Below are positions 36,228 through 46,881 of a stretch of 64,000 nucleotides of DNA, in pieces. The stretch is from Candidatus Zhuqueibacterota bacterium. GTDB lineage: Bacteria > Electryoneota > RPQS01. How positions within the stretch are numbered: the first letter of the stretch is position 1; the number at the start of each line of letters is the position of its first letter. The stretch covers positions 1 to 64,000 of the forward strand of contig JACRMR010000002.1 in the NCBI GenBank assembly GCA_016214895.1. The letters run 5' to 3'. The notes below the pieces were generated by a model that saw nothing but the letters and a program-made list of their open reading frames with translations, did not search any database and was not told where the DNA came from. Made by a program: the position numbers and the translations under genes.

Positions 36228-38213
36228 CTACTTCGTCAGCAACAGCTTTCTTACCGCGATGTATTCGCCGGCACGCACGCGCATGAAATAGACGCCGGTA
36301 GCGAAGTCGCCGAGGTCTATTTCCAAACGATGATTGCCTGCACTCATCCCCTCGTGCCTGAGTTCGCGCACCGTACGTCCGACAACGTCAAACACGCGCA
36401 GCGCAACATCCGCCGCACGCGGTAGCGTCAGCTCCAGAGTCGTGATGCCATTGAACGGATTCGGATAGACCTCGGAGACCGCGAACTCCCCCGCAAGTCC
36501 GGGTTCAGTCTCCGCATCCAGCACGGTCACAAACACCGGAATCTCCGCGACCGTGTCCGGACACGTATTCGTACGCACCGTGAGCCGGCCGTAGAACTCG
36601 AAGACACCGTCATCCGTCGTGTCAGCGGTCACCGTGATCTGCACGGTTTCCGTTTGCAGCGGCGCGATGGAGCCGACCGGCGGATCGACCGATAACCAAG
36701 CTTCGTCCGGGCCGGGGTTGAACATCTCGACAGCGATCGAATAGGACAGATCCCCGTCGCCATCGTTGCGCAAGGTTAACGTGCCCCCCGCGGTCACGTG
36801 GTTGTACGCGATCAGGTTGATCGACGTCGGCAGCGACCCGATCGCGGGTTCGTGGGCCGTGATTGCGTACGCGAGCAGACTGTCCGCGGCCACGGTGATC
36901 CACGCGGTAGTGTCCGTGTCGATGCAGTTGCCGGAGTAGATCAAGCGGTGTTGACCGGCCGCCAGCCCGAGCACGAACCGGCCATCCGCGGTACTGACCG
37001 CCGTGCAGCTTTCTCCGACCGCCCGCACCCGGATTCCGCTCAGAGCATCGCCGTGGGCATTCCGCACGACGCCCAACACGCCCTGCTCCGGCGCAAGGCG
37101 CAGCGCGAACGCGCGCGAAGTGCCGCCCTCATTCGCGAATCCATAGACCAAGTATCCGCTGCAATTCAGGCCTTCGATGCCCCAGAAGCCTGAAGAATCA
37201 CCCAAGTTGGGCGTCCAACTCCAGAGCGAATCGCCGTGCGAATCCGCGAGCATGATCAGGCACTGGCGATCCCCCGCGATTTCCACCCAGCCCGCGCAGA
37301 TCGGCTGGTCGCCCCCGTACATGGCCACGCCGCGGAGGTGGCCGGTCATTCCTGACGCGAAATAATCGGAGCGCGACCAAATCAGATTCAGCTCCGGATC
37401 CGTCTTCGCCAAAAACGGCACGGCCGCTTCCCGGCCGCCGACATAGACATCTCCCGCTGCGCCGATCGCAGCGGCATACGCCAGTTGATCCCCGTCCAGC
37501 TCGATCCGTTGTCCGCTGCCCCACGCCAACGCCGTGTCGAACTTGGAAACATACAGGTCATACTCGCCGTTCGTCTCCGCCTGATCGTAACCTGCCGTGA
37601 CAAAGTAGTCATCACGGAACTCGATTGAGATCGCGGCATCGATTCCGGAACTGTGTTCCATCATCGACCACAGGGTGTCTCCGGTCGCGGACTTGCGCAT
37701 GGTCCACGCGTCCGAACCCATACCGATGCCACCGTAACCGTAACCGACCACGCCGAGATCGCCGCCCGGCCACAACGCGATATCCATCCCCTTCGTGCGC
37801 CCGCCCGGGGTTTCATAGCTCCAGACATGAATCACGTTGCCCTCCGAATCCACATCGAGCACATTCAGTGTGTACGAATTCGCAGACCAACCCACGACCC
37901 GCAGTTCACCGCTCGGCAACTCAACAACCGAACTGGCCTGATCCACGTCTTCGAACCCGCTCGTCGGCCGCGTCGTCCAGAGCACCTCGCCGTTATCGGC
38001 CAACCTGACGATCAGCATGTCCTGCGACGAGGCCTCACCATCGTCGATCGATCCCACCAAGACGAAGTCGCCGTTCGCGCAAGCGGTCGCGCCATAGAAG
38101 ACCGAGTTACCGGTCAGGTCCGGCAGAGCCGACCATAACGTGTCGGGACGCGCGACGGCAAGCCGCGATGAAATTACCGTCAGCGCGATTACGAACATGG
38201 CTCGAAGCGTCAT
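36228..38213 (-). CDS. secreted repeat protein with T9SS C-terminal sorting domain (661 aa)
   Basis: Signal peptide MTLRAMFVIALTVISSRLAVA. CTD VYPNPFNGITTLELTLP...RVFDVVGRTVREL...GVYFMRVRAGEYIAVRKLLLTK. Confidence 0.8.
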   Translation of the reverse strand: MTLRAMFVIALTVISSRLAVARPDTLWSALPDLTGNSVFYGATACANGDFVLVGSIDDGEASSQDMLIVRLADNGEVLWTTRPTSGFEDVDQASSVVELPSGELRVVGWSANSYTLNVLDVDSEGNVIHVWSYETPGGRTKGMDIALWPGGDLGVVGYGYGGIGMGSDAWTMRKSATGDTLWSMMEHSSGIDAAISIEFRDDYFVTAGYDQAETNGEYDLYVSKFDTALAWGSGQRIELDGDQLAYAAAIGAAGDVYVGGREAAVPFLAKTDPELNLIWSRSDYFASGMTGHLRGVAMYGGDQPICAGWVEIAGDRQCLIMLADSHGDSLWSWTPNLGDSSGFWGIEGLNCSGYLVYGFANEGGTSRAFALRLAPEQGVLGVVRNAHGDALSGIRVRAVGESCTAVSTADGRFVLGLAAGQHRLIYSGNCIDTDTTAWITVAADSLLAYAITAHEPAIGSLPTSINLIAYNHVTAGGTLTLRNDGDGDLSYSIAVEMFNPGPDEAWLSVDPPVGSIAPLQTETVQITVTADTTDDGVFEFYGRLTVRTNTCPDTVAEIPVFVTVLDAETEPGLAGEFAVSEVYPNPFNGITTLELTLPRAADVALRVFDVVGRTVRELRHEGMSAGNHRLEIDLGDFATGVYFMRVRAGEYIAVRKLLLTK

Positions 38214-38276
38214 TGTCTCACCTCGATATGTAGGAAGCGGGCGCGGCCTGGCAGCCCGCGCCGAAAAACCGATTCG

Positions 38277-40295
38277 CTATTTCAGCAACAACAGCTTCGT
38301 CATGCGCGTCTCGGCTCCCGCGCGCAGCACGGCGAAATACATCCCGGTCGCTAAATCCGTTCCGTCAAAGCTCAACTCGTGAAGGCCCGCGCGCTGTGCC
38401 GCATCAACGAGCACCGCGGACTCGCGACCCTGAATGTCGAACACGCGCAAGGAGACCCGCGAATCCCGCGGCAGCGCGTAGCGAATGGTCGTCCGCGCAT
38501 TGAACGGATTCGGATAGGCATCCCAGAGCCGGAACTCATGCGCGAGGGACGGCGGCGCAGCCGCATCGAGGACCGTGACCAGAATCGGGATAGCGTCCGT
38601 GCTGTCCGGGCAGGAGTTGGTGCGCACGCTCAGTGTCCCGGCAAAGTCATAGACGCCGTCATTTGTCGTGTCCGGCGCGACCGTCAGCATGACCGCAATG
38701 GAATCGTGCGCGCCGACGAGTCCTGCGGCAGGGGAAACACTCAACCAGGGCCCGACCGGCGCCTCAGCCTGAACCGACACCCGGAACCGCAATGCTCCCG
38801 AACCGCTATTGTAGAGGTACACCGGGGATGTCTGCGATACATCATTCCAAGCCAGCAGATTAATCGAGGTATGGTGCTTCGCGTAGTCCGGGACGCCGAT
38901 TTCCAGATCCGTCACGAGATCCGGGTTGTCTGTCACTGTAATCCCGTGAAGCGTGTCCGTTTCTACGCAGGCGCCGGAAAGAATGAAGTCGAAGGTCCCC
39001 GCGGGCAGCTCCAGCGCATAGTAGCCATCGTCCGTTGAGATCGTGTATTGCCAGCCATCCGCTCGCTGCACCCACACACCACTCTGCGGGACTCCGCCTT
39101 CGCGATCCAGCACGCGGCCATGCAGCCCGCGCGGCCGCTGAAGTCGCGCAACAAAACCCTGGCTCTTGCCATTGACGACGCCCGCGCCAAAGGCCAGCCA
39201 TCCGCCCGTTGACAACGCCGACACCCCGTAAAACCCGCTGCTGTCCGTCGGCCCATACGCCCACGTGCCTTCGCTGTCGCCCGCCGATGTGTACATCGCC
39301 AGCAAGAACTGTCGATGCGCGCCGCCGGTTCCGGCCGTACCCACGCAAATCGCCCCGCCCGCCGGACGTGCCGCGACGCCGCGCAGGCGCGAGTAGGGGT
39401 AACCGCCGCTTACCAATCGATCCCAATCGCGAAAGCCGTCTTCGGAAACCTTCACGAGATAGCCCGTGGTCAGATTCGACGACGTGCCCGCGCCACCGAG
39501 ATACAAATCGCCGAACACCGAGCGGTCCATGTCCGCCAGCTCATCCGCGCCCGTGTGAGAATACGACGTGCCCCATTCCTGCACTCCGTTCGTGTCCGCG
39601 CGCAACAGCCAGAAATCATAGTTCTGGGTTCCGGCCTGGCGATAACCCGCAAGGTAGTAGGCATCGGCCACCGCGACGCCGCGCATGCCGTAGTCGTAAA
39701 GCGCGTTCATTCCGAACTGCGCGGACCACGCCTGCTCACCGGAAAAATTCCGAACGGAGAGCAGCATGTTCGGCGCCGCGTAAGGCGAATCAGCACGACG
39801 AAAGCCCACCGCCGCCACTTGACCGCCACCGGGAGTAAAGAAGAGGTCGTTCAGCCGCGCGCTGGAATCCGCGCCGCCGACGAAATACTCGGTCAGAAGC
39901 GATCCGGTTGACGACAGCCGGAGCAGCATTCCGCGTGTCGAGTTTCCTGAGACCAGTTGCCAACCGCTCACCAGCAGCTCGCCGTTCGGAAGTTCGATGA
40001 CCGCCGTTCCCTGCTCCTGATGGCCAACGTACGCTCCGCCGCTGACCACGGAAGTCCAAGTCAAGTCGCCGGAAGCGGACAGCCGCGCAATGATCATGTC
40101 CTGTTGCTGAACTTCGCCAGAACTGCGCAAGTTGGTGACACCCGTCAGCAGGAAGTCGCCGTTGGCCGCCTCCGCCGCCCCCAGAAACACCGTGGCGCTG
40201 TCCGTTTCCACGTAGCGAGTCCACAGGGTGTCAGGCTGAGCGGCAACGTACTGTGCGGCAAACAGGATCAAGCTCGTGAAAACAAGAGGGCGCAT
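38277..40295 (-). CDS. paralogous secreted repeat protein with T9SS C-terminal sorting domain (~672 aa)
   Basis: Shares DTLW, LxVRTNxCPD and CTD motifs (AYPNPFNARTTIRYALP...RVFDIQGRESAVL...GMYFAVLRAGAETRMTKLLLLK) with 36228-38213. Internal Met (MRPLVFTSLILFAAQYVAA) chosen as start. Confidence 0.8.
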   Translation of the reverse strand: MRPLVFTSLILFAAQYVAAQPDTLWTRYVETDSATVFLGAAEAANGDFLLTGVTNLRSSGEVQQQDMIIARLSASGDLTWTSVVSGGAYVGHQEQGTAVIELPNGELLVSGWQLVSGNSTRGMLLRLSSTGSLLTEYFVGGADSSARLNDLFFTPGGGQVAAVGFRRADSPYAAPNMLLSVRNFSGEQAWSAQFGMNALYDYGMRGVAVADAYYLAGYRQAGTQNYDFWLLRADTNGVQEWGTSYSHTGADELADMDRSVFGDLYLGGAGTSSNLTTGYLVKVSEDGFRDWDRLVSGGYPYSRLRGVAARPAGGAICVGTAGTGGAHRQFLLAMYTSAGDSEGTWAYGPTDSSGFYGVSALSTGGWLAFGAGVVNGKSQGFVARLQRPRGLHGRVLDREGGVPQSGVWVQRADGWQYTISTDDGYYALELPAGTFDFILSGACVETDTLHGITVTDNPDLVTDLEIGVPDYAKHHTSINLLAWNDVSQTSPVYLYNSGSGALRFRVSVQAEAPVGPWLSVSPAAGLVGAHDSIAVMLTVAPDTTNDGVYDFAGTLSVRTNSCPDSTDAIPILVTVLDAAAPPSLAHEFRLWDAYPNPFNARTTIRYALPRDSRVSLRVFDIQGRESAVLVDAAQRAGLHELSFDGTDLATGMYFAVLRAGAETRMTKLLLLK

Positions 40296-40572
40296 CTGGG
40301 AGGGGGTACGGTTCTGTACGACAAGGAGCGGCGGTTCGCCGTCCGGACAATCCGGTTGAATATACCCTCCTTTCAATCAAGGGTCAAGGCTACACCCCTG
40401 TTTTCCACACGATGACAGACCCCCCGGGGCGCCCGGGTGTGCAAGATTTTCAGCCGCTTGGCTGGTAGCCAGACCCCAACCCAAAAGAGAGGCACAGCGT
40501 TCGCCGTGCCTCTCTTCATCAATGCCTCCGCCGCAGTCGCGCAAGAGTGCGGGGAGATGTGCTGCGCGTGGC

Positions 40573-43143
40573 CTATTTCATCAAGATCATCTTCCGCAAC
40601 TGTGAAAAGTCGGCGGCCTCGATCCGGTACAGATATAGTCCGGACGGCAGTCCCTGCGCCGCAAACTCGACGCGATGGCGACCGGCATCCTGCCGGCCAT
40701 TCTGCAACACGGCGATTTCGCGGCCCAGCACGTCGAAGACGCTGAGCTTCACGTGTCCGGCTTCCATCAAGTCGTACACGATGGTCGTGGACGGATTGAA
40801 CGGATTCGGGAAGTTCGCATGCAGTTTGTATTCGCTGACCGTCTGCGGGTCAGCGGCGGTCACCGCGACCGAGCGCTCCGCGACGATGGAACGGTGTCCG
40901 TTCACATCGACCGTGAGGAGTCGATAGGCGTAGGTCGTGCCGATCAGCACCTCCGCGTCGCTGAATGCATAGTTGCGCGTTTGCGTGGACGTGCCTGCGC
41001 CGTCGAGCCGCTCGATCATGAGCCACTCGCCGCGAATCTGCTTTTCGATCTCGAAAGAGCGGTTATCGCGTTCACTCGCGGTGCTCCACTCGAGTCGAAC
41101 TTCGCCATTGCCCGCGAGCGCCGGTTGATGCGCTGCCGAGAATGAAAGCAGTTCGACGTCGAGTTGCAGATCTCGAATCAAATAGTCTTCGACTTCGCCC
41201 AAGACCGGATCCACGCCGGCCTGCGCTTCGATGCAGCCCGGAGCGGAAGACATGAGCCGGAAGCGCAAGCGACCCTGATAGCGCCCGATATCCGTGACGC
41301 CGGGGTCGGGAAAACAGAATTGCAGTGTCTGAGTTCCATTGGCCTCCATCGGCGGAACGAGCGCGCCCTGAATAATGCACTCCGAAGCCTGGCCGTTGCA
41401 AAGCACGTCATCCCAACTGCAATCCAGATCCCCGTCTTTCCAGCCATAGATGTACATCGGCTCGCCAAAGTAGAACGGGCCGGTTCGCACCGTCACCCTC
41501 ACGCAGACGTTCGCGCAGGGCTCCCACGGCGTCAGCAGAAACTCCACGCCGTCGTCGCCTGCGTCCGTGTCGGGTACGTTCGGTACGTCCTCGGCGGTGA
41601 CCGTGTCCCCCAACCACGCCAGCGGAAGCGCCTGGACCACATTGGCCGGGCCGCCTGTCTCTAACGTTCCCAGCGGATAGCCCAACTGACACTCGGGCAC
41701 CTGAATGTCGCCGAGGTCATACACTTCCGGGACCTGCGGACCGCACGGACCGCGAATGATCGACGGAAATTGCAGCGTGGCGTGGTCCAGACTCAGGGTT
41801 CCCTGGGCGTCCACGGCATAAACCTCGACCAGCCAGATGTCGTCGATCTCCGTGTCAGCCGCCGGAATACAGCTTCCCGAGTGATCCACCGGATGCAACG
41901 GATTCCACTCGTCGTCCACAAATCCGCCGTTGGTCTGATCGTTCATCACGAACCAGCGGTACTGATAGGTAACCGCGTCGCCGTCGGGGTCGGCAGGCTG
42001 CGGTCCGGTCACCAGAACGCATAGATCCTCATCCGCGGTGTAGCACGGTCCGCTTTCCACCAGCGGAGTGTAGGGCGGCTGGTTGCAGGCCTGCGTCCGA
42101 TAGCGGACAATCAATTGCGACCAGTGAACCGTCGTCGCCCACGTGCAGGTGTAGTTCCAGACGTCGATGTCCAGAAACATTTCCAGGCCGCCGTCCGCCA
42201 GCAGCGCCCCGGGCGATACGTCGAACGTCGTTACCGCCCAGTCGCCATCGTTCCCTTGCAAATAGTTCGGATTCAGGAGCACCGCGTCCGCGAAGAGATT
42301 GTCGAGCTCGCAAGCCTGCGGATTGTTCGGATGCAATTCACTGCAATCGCTCTGATCGACATCGTATGAGCAGACGACGATCTCCACCGACTGCACGCAC
42401 ACCCCGCCTTCGGCATTGTAACCCGGCCAAGTGTGGAGCCAGCCGTAATCCTGATCGTACCAACTGTAGATGTCGAAGCCGTACTCGGTCATGCCGGAGA
42501 CGCAGGGATTCGATCCCGCCGGGTACGGACCGCCATACAGCTCCGTGCCCGCGTCCGAGGCATCGACGGTCTGCACGTACGTCAGCGTACCGTCGCCGTT
42601 GTCATGCACGCCGTCGGCCAACTGCACTTGCTCGCACGTGTTCCGGCACTGCGAAATATCGAGCGTGTACGGCCCTTCGCCCCCGGCGGTGCGCGGCTCG
42701 ATGATCAACCAGTACGTGCCTGCCGTCAGGGGCACGCAGTCAATGCGTGCCGGGCCGAAGGTCGTGCCACAGCCGTCGTCGTTCGTCGCGATCGTGCTGC
42801 CGCTGCAACAGCCCGTCTTGATGTAGATCTGGGTGTTCGTGGCGGCGGGTCCGTCGCAGAGCGAAAATGTGTATTCGTCCGCCACCGTCACCACGACTTG
42901 ATAGATGTGCTCCTGGCCGGAGCGCACCAGACAATCGTTCACCGCGTCCACCAGCGTCGATTCGTGGTGATAGGGGAACGAAGTCACATTGAAGTCCGCG
43001 AGGCACGTGCGCGGACCGTCGTCCAGAATCGTACCGGTCTCGGTCCGGTCGGCCGCCTGCAGCTCATCCCAGTCGGAGGCTGCGGCAATCCCAAAGATCC
43101 CGAGCAGGCAAATCAACAGCAAAATCGGATATAGGTTCTTCAT
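40573..43143 (-). CDS. secreted Cys-rich PPC-like domain protein with T9SS C-terminal sorting domain (~856 aa)
   Basis: SD AGGAGG 9 nt upstream of MKNLYPILLLICLLGIFGIAAA. PPC-like block (IYQVVVTVADEYTFSLCDG...NDDGCG...AGTYWLIIE...GPYTLDI). CTD ANFPNPFNPSTTIVYDL...SVFDVLGREIAVL...SGLYLYRIEAADFSQLRKMILMK. Confidence 0.8.
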   Translation of the reverse strand: MKNLYPILLLICLLGIFGIAAASDWDELQAADRTETGTILDDGPRTCLADFNVTSFPYHHESTLVDAVNDCLVRSGQEHIYQVVVTVADEYTFSLCDGPAATNTQIYIKTGCCSGSTIATNDDGCGTTFGPARIDCVPLTAGTYWLIIEPRTAGGEGPYTLDISQCRNTCEQVQLADGVHDNGDGTLTYVQTVDASDAGTELYGGPYPAGSNPCVSGMTEYGFDIYSWYDQDYGWLHTWPGYNAEGGVCVQSVEIVVCSYDVDQSDCSELHPNNPQACELDNLFADAVLLNPNYLQGNDGDWAVTTFDVSPGALLADGGLEMFLDIDVWNYTCTWATTVHWSQLIVRYRTQACNQPPYTPLVESGPCYTADEDLCVLVTGPQPADPDGDAVTYQYRWFVMNDQTNGGFVDDEWNPLHPVDHSGSCIPAADTEIDDIWLVEVYAVDAQGTLSLDHATLQFPSIIRGPCGPQVPEVYDLGDIQVPECQLGYPLGTLETGGPANVVQALPLAWLGDTVTAEDVPNVPDTDAGDDGVEFLLTPWEPCANVCVRVTVRTGPFYFGEPMYIYGWKDGDLDCSWDDVLCNGQASECIIQGALVPPMEANGTQTLQFCFPDPGVTDIGRYQGRLRFRLMSSAPGCIEAQAGVDPVLGEVEDYLIRDLQLDVELLSFSAAHQPALAGNGEVRLEWSTASERDNRSFEIEKQIRGEWLMIERLDGAGTSTQTRNYAFSDAEVLIGTTYAYRLLTVDVNGHRSIVAERSVAVTAADPQTVSEYKLHANFPNPFNPSTTIVYDLMEAGHVKLSVFDVLGREIAVLQNGRQDAGRHRVEFAAQGLPSGLYLYRIEAADFSQLRKMILMK

Positions 43144-43282
43144 GCGTCTTACCTCCTTGGTCATCCGTTGTCGGTAACCACTTCATACCTGCAATGCACG
43201 CGTATCTGTTTTCGGCGCCCGGGCCGACCCGCCGGAATCCGGACTACTTCTCCGAATCCCGCCTCCAAGGGTGGAGGGGGGG

Positions 43283-43311
43283 TTGACTTTTGGGCGGCTA
43301 ACTCGTAAATT
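43283..43311 (+). promoter_or_regulatory. sigma70-like promoter TTGACT-17-TAAATT for tRNA-Phe
   Basis: -35 at 43283-43288 and -10 at 43306-43311. The tRNA 5' end is at 43323. Confidence 0.5.
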
Positions 43312-43322
43312 CTCGCTCCCAT

Positions 43323-43398
<76 letters not shown>

Positions 43399-43407
43399 AG
43401 GCAAATG

Positions 43408-43439
43408 GCCCGCAGATCTCCGGATTTGCGGGCTTTTGA
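43408..43439 (+). terminator. rho-independent terminator after tRNA-Phe (GCCCGCAGATC...GGATTTGCGGGC + TTTTGAT)
   Basis: Approximately 11-bp stem including G-U pairs, followed by TTTT. Confidence 0.7.
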
Positions 43440-43779
43440 TTGTCCGCTTGTGATTCCGGTCCACCATAGTTAGTCGATTCGCTACGGCCCAAATGTACTC
43501 CACGATTTACCGTAAGTCAATAATGAATAACTCTTTATTGCATAATGCAATCATCGTGTGCTGAGTGCCACCGATCCCAACAGATTTCAAGGGCTTGCGA
43601 CCCCATGAAGCATGTCAAGCCAAATAAGAACCTAAAGTTAAAGTGGGCATTTGGGCCACTAATAGACACGGTGCCGGCCGCCTCTGCCTCCTCAAGCGAG
43701 GCAATCTCCCGTGGGCTCGGTGAACAGGCTGACTGGTCGGACCGACCGCGGGTCGAGATCGCTATATCCGGCCGTGGCC

Positions 43780-43828
43780 TTGACTATTCTCCTCTCAGAT
43801 GTTAAATTATGTAAGGCCTTACGTAATA
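43780..43828 (+). promoter_or_regulatory. promoter TTGACT-17-TAAATT overlapping a 12-bp perfect palindrome GTAAGGCCTTAC; probable MarR autoregulatory operator
   Basis: -35 at 43780-43785, -10 at 43803-43808, palindrome at 43811-43822, immediately upstream of the ATG at 43853. Confidence 0.5.
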
Positions 43829-43852
43829 TCTAACCATCAGAGCATCCTCCGC

Positions 43853-44857
43853 ATGGACCTAATCGATACCCTCGGATACCTCGCGGTCGGCAGCCGCCTC
43901 CGCCGACTCAGCGACCGCTTCATGCGGGACGCAGCGCGGGCCTACGAATCCCAGGAGCTCGACTTCGAGCCGCGCTGGTTTCCCGTTTATTATTTGGTGC
44001 TGAAGGCGCAGCAGCCGATCACGGTTACCGAAATTGCCAAGCGACTCGGAGTCACGCACCCCGCCGTCGTCCAGATTGTCAAAGACATGAGTCGCGAAGG
44101 TGTCATCCTGACCGACGAGGGCAAAGCGGATCGCCGGCAGCGGCTCGTCACGCTTTCGGAAAAGGGCCGGCGAATGGCCCCGCCGCTCGAAATACTGTGG
44201 GACGATATTCGCCAAGCGACCGTTGAGCTCGTGCGCGAAACCGATCTCGATCTGATCGCGGTTTCCGAGACGCTCGAAGCCGCGCTCGCCAAACGCGGCG
44301 TGTTCGAGCGCGTACAGGAACGCGTCAAGGCGCGTCAATTGGACGCCGTGCGGATTGTTGATTACCGCCCGACCTTTCGCGCGCTGTTCCGCACGCTCAA
44401 TGAAGAGTGGCTGCGGAAATTCTTCGTGCTCGAACCACACGATGTCGAAATGCTCTCGGATCCGGAGGGCTGCATCATTGCGCGCGGCGGCGTCGTGCTG
44501 TTCGCGGAACTCGAGGGCGAAATCCTCGGCACCTGCGCGTTGCTGCCGCACGCGCCACACGTCTTTGAGCTGGCCAAGATGGCGGTGACGGAACGAGCGC
44601 AGGGCAAACAGATCGGCAGGAAGCTCGCGCTCGCCGCGATTGAGCGGGCGCGAACGCTGCAAGCGAACGCCGTTATCCTGGAAAGCAGCACTAAACTCGG
44701 GCCCGCGCTGGCCCTCTACGAAAAGCTGGGCTTCCGCCATGTGCCGCGTGAACGCCCCTCCGCATACGCCCGCGCGGATGTCTTCATGCGGCTGGAGCTC
44801 GACGGATCCGCTCGACGGGCGGAAGGTTCCGCACCGCACGCGAAGCCGGCGAATTGA
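43853..44857 (+). CDS. MarR-family winged-helix regulator fused to a GNAT N-acetyltransferase domain (~334 aa)
   Basis: MarR HTH (ITVTEIAKRLGVTHPAVVQIVKDMSREGVI...DRRQRLVTLSEKG). GNAT motifs (ELAKMAVTERAQGKQIGRKLALAAIERAR...LYEKLGF). The ATG at 43799 lies inside the promoter, so 43853 is preferred. Confidence 0.75.
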   Translation: MDLIDTLGYLAVGSRLRRLSDRFMRDAARAYESQELDFEPRWFPVYYLVLKAQQPITVTEIAKRLGVTHPAVVQIVKDMSREGVILTDEGKADRRQRLVTLSEKGRRMAPPLEILWDDIRQATVELVRETDLDLIAVSETLEAALAKRGVFERVQERVKARQLDAVRIVDYRPTFRALFRTLNEEWLRKFFVLEPHDVEMLSDPEGCIIARGGVVLFAELEGEILGTCALLPHAPHVFELAKMAVTERAQGKQIGRKLALAAIERARTLQANAVILESSTKLGPALALYEKLGFRHVPRERPSAYARADVFMRLELDGSARRAEGSAPHAKPAN

Positions 44858-45035
44858 CGAGCAACGCTAACTGCTCGGCCCGTGACGGGGTTCGGTACTA
44901 AACTTCGCTCTATGCAACCGCTCCAAGTCGTTATCGCCGCGGTGTGCGGACGCTTGCAGTCCGGCGCCCGGCCTGCCGCTCAGGAACTCCTCGCTCGTGA
45001 TTCCGCACATCAATCACATCGCTTATGAGGCCCGT

Positions 45036-46724
45036 ATGACTACTCGCACGCTGCTCCTGCTCGCCAGCATGATCCTGCATGGTTCCGCGAATGCCGTAAC
45101 GCGCAACGTCCCGGCGCAATATGCGACGATCCGAGAGGCAATCGTGGCTGCCGATCCCCACGATACCGTGCTCGTCGCCCAGGGTACTTACGCCGAGAAC
45201 CTGAACTTCTACGGCAAGAATATCGTGGTCGCGAGTCACTATGTGCTCGACGGCAATCCGCTCACGGTCCGTCAGACGACGATCGACGGCAGTCAGCCCG
45301 TTGACCCCGATTCCGGTTCCGTTGTCGCCATCATTTCCGGCGAAGACGGAACCGCGGAATTGGCAGGCTTCACGATCACCGGCGGCACGGGGATGCCACT
45401 CGAAGATGACGACAACCACAGTTTCTACGTGGAGGGTGGCGGGATCATCATCGAGAATTCCACACCCTATGTTCATCACAATTTGATTGTCGGCAATGCC
45501 GCATCACGGCGACCCGCCGGAATCACGAGCGCGGGCGGCGGCGGGATCCGCTGCGGCTTCAGCGACGGCACGCGCATCCTGAATAACGTGGTGATCGGCA
45601 ACAGCGGCCGCTACGGCGGCGGCATTGTCATCAATTATGCAATCGCCGAAGTGAGCAACAATATTATTGCGCTCAACTCCGGCGGTCAGGATTACGGCGG
45701 CGGAGGGTTGTGGACCAACGGCGCCCAAAGTGATACCCTTTTCGTCTGGAACAACACGATTGTGGGAAACAGCTCCGCGCTGCCCGGCGGCGGCATTCGC
45801 CGCTTCAGCCAACGGATCATCGGCGGCAACAACATCGTCTGGGGAAACCGGTCCGCGCAAGGCGGCGCGCAAATACACGGCGGCGGAGCGTCGCTGCTCC
45901 TGACCTATAGCGGCGTACAGGGCGGCTATGCCGGGACCGGAAATATCACGGACTATCCCGGCTTCGCCGATTCGCTGCTGGCGCTACTCGACGGCTCACC
46001 GTGCGTGGACAGCGGCGATCCGAATCCGATCTTCAATGATGCCAATGGCACGCGCAATGACATGGGCGCCTATGGCGGACCGCGCGCAACCGGCTTCAGT
46101 TTTGACAGCCCCCCGACGGTCTCGGCGCCCGCGTCCCGGCTGGCGAGCAGTGCGGGCCCGGGATCGGTTGATACGATCGGAGTCGCGATTTCAAATTTCG
46201 GATTGACAACATTACTGATCGAAAACGCGTCTTTCGTGACGGGCGAATCCAACGGGCTGCGAGTGGTCAATACTCCGATGCAGGTCCGCCCGGTTGCCGT
46301 TGACAGCTTGTACGTGCGCTGGGCGGCGCCGGGAAGCACTGACGTGTTTGATACCCTGCTGATCTTCCACAACGATCCGGCAGCGATGAATCCGGCGCGC
46401 ATCGCATTCCACGGTCAGCTGTCGGCGGCCGCGGATCCGCGTCGTGAATCCGCCGTGGCTGGGGACCTGTGGATGTCGCAGAACTTCCCGAATCCGTTCA
46501 ATCCGGAAACCGAGCTTCGTTTCACCCTCCCGTACGATACGCACGTCGTGCTCCAGGTCTTTGATCTCGCGGGGCGGTTGACCACCACGCTCGTCGCCGG
46601 CAGGTACGCTGCCGGGAGCCACACCATCAAATGGGACGCAGGCGACACGCCCACCGGTATGTACTTTGCCCGCTTGACGGCGGGAAACCAAACCGTCATG
46701 CTGAAGATGCTCTTGCTCAGATGA
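45036..46724 (+). CDS. right-handed beta-helix protein with T9SS C-terminal sorting domain (562 aa)
   Basis: Signal peptide MTTRTLLLLASMILHGSANA. Beta-helix repeats (GGGIRCGFSDGTRILNNVVIGNSG...). PbH1-like DMGAYGG segment. CTD SQNFPNPFNPETELRFTLP...VFDLAGRLTTTL...GMYFARLTAGNQTVMLKMLLLR. Confidence 0.8.
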   Translation: MTTRTLLLLASMILHGSANAVTRNVPAQYATIREAIVAADPHDTVLVAQGTYAENLNFYGKNIVVASHYVLDGNPLTVRQTTIDGSQPVDPDSGSVVAIISGEDGTAELAGFTITGGTGMPLEDDDNHSFYVEGGGIIIENSTPYVHHNLIVGNAASRRPAGITSAGGGGIRCGFSDGTRILNNVVIGNSGRYGGGIVINYAIAEVSNNIIALNSGGQDYGGGGLWTNGAQSDTLFVWNNTIVGNSSALPGGGIRRFSQRIIGGNNIVWGNRSAQGGAQIHGGGASLLLTYSGVQGGYAGTGNITDYPGFADSLLALLDGSPCVDSGDPNPIFNDANGTRNDMGAYGGPRATGFSFDSPPTVSAPASRLASSAGPGSVDTIGVAISNFGLTTLLIENASFVTGESNGLRVVNTPMQVRPVAVDSLYVRWAAPGSTDVFDTLLIFHNDPAAMNPARIAFHGQLSAAADPRRESAVAGDLWMSQNFPNPFNPETELRFTLPYDTHVVLQVFDLAGRLTTTLVAGRYAAGSHTIKWDAGDTPTGMYFARLTAGNQTVMLKMLLLR

Positions 46725-46762
46725 GAGCGGTGCGAGGTTCGTCGCGCTCCCGGAATACAAGA

Positions 46763-46805
46763 CAAACAGGTGCAGCCGTGGGCCGCACCTGTTTGCGTTT
46801 TTTCG
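46763..46805. terminator. strong hairpin terminator (CAAACAGGTGC...GCACCTGTTTG + CGTTTTTTCG), plausibly bidirectional
   Basis: 11-bp perfect outer stem plus inner GC pairs and a T6 run. Lies between convergent genes. Confidence 0.75.
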
Positions 46806-46881
46806 AGATTTGAACTACCTTAGTGCGGTCGACCGTCCCGCCGACGTCCAATGTCGGCATTTTCCGAGGAATCGATCCCGG

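Noticed and set aside
43545-43805. 86-aa plus-strand ORF between tRNA-Phe and the MarR-GNAT gene
   Set aside because: Overlaps the MarR promoter/operator. There is no SD and no conservation evidence, and the composition is atypical. Probably spurious, though a small protein cannot be excluded.
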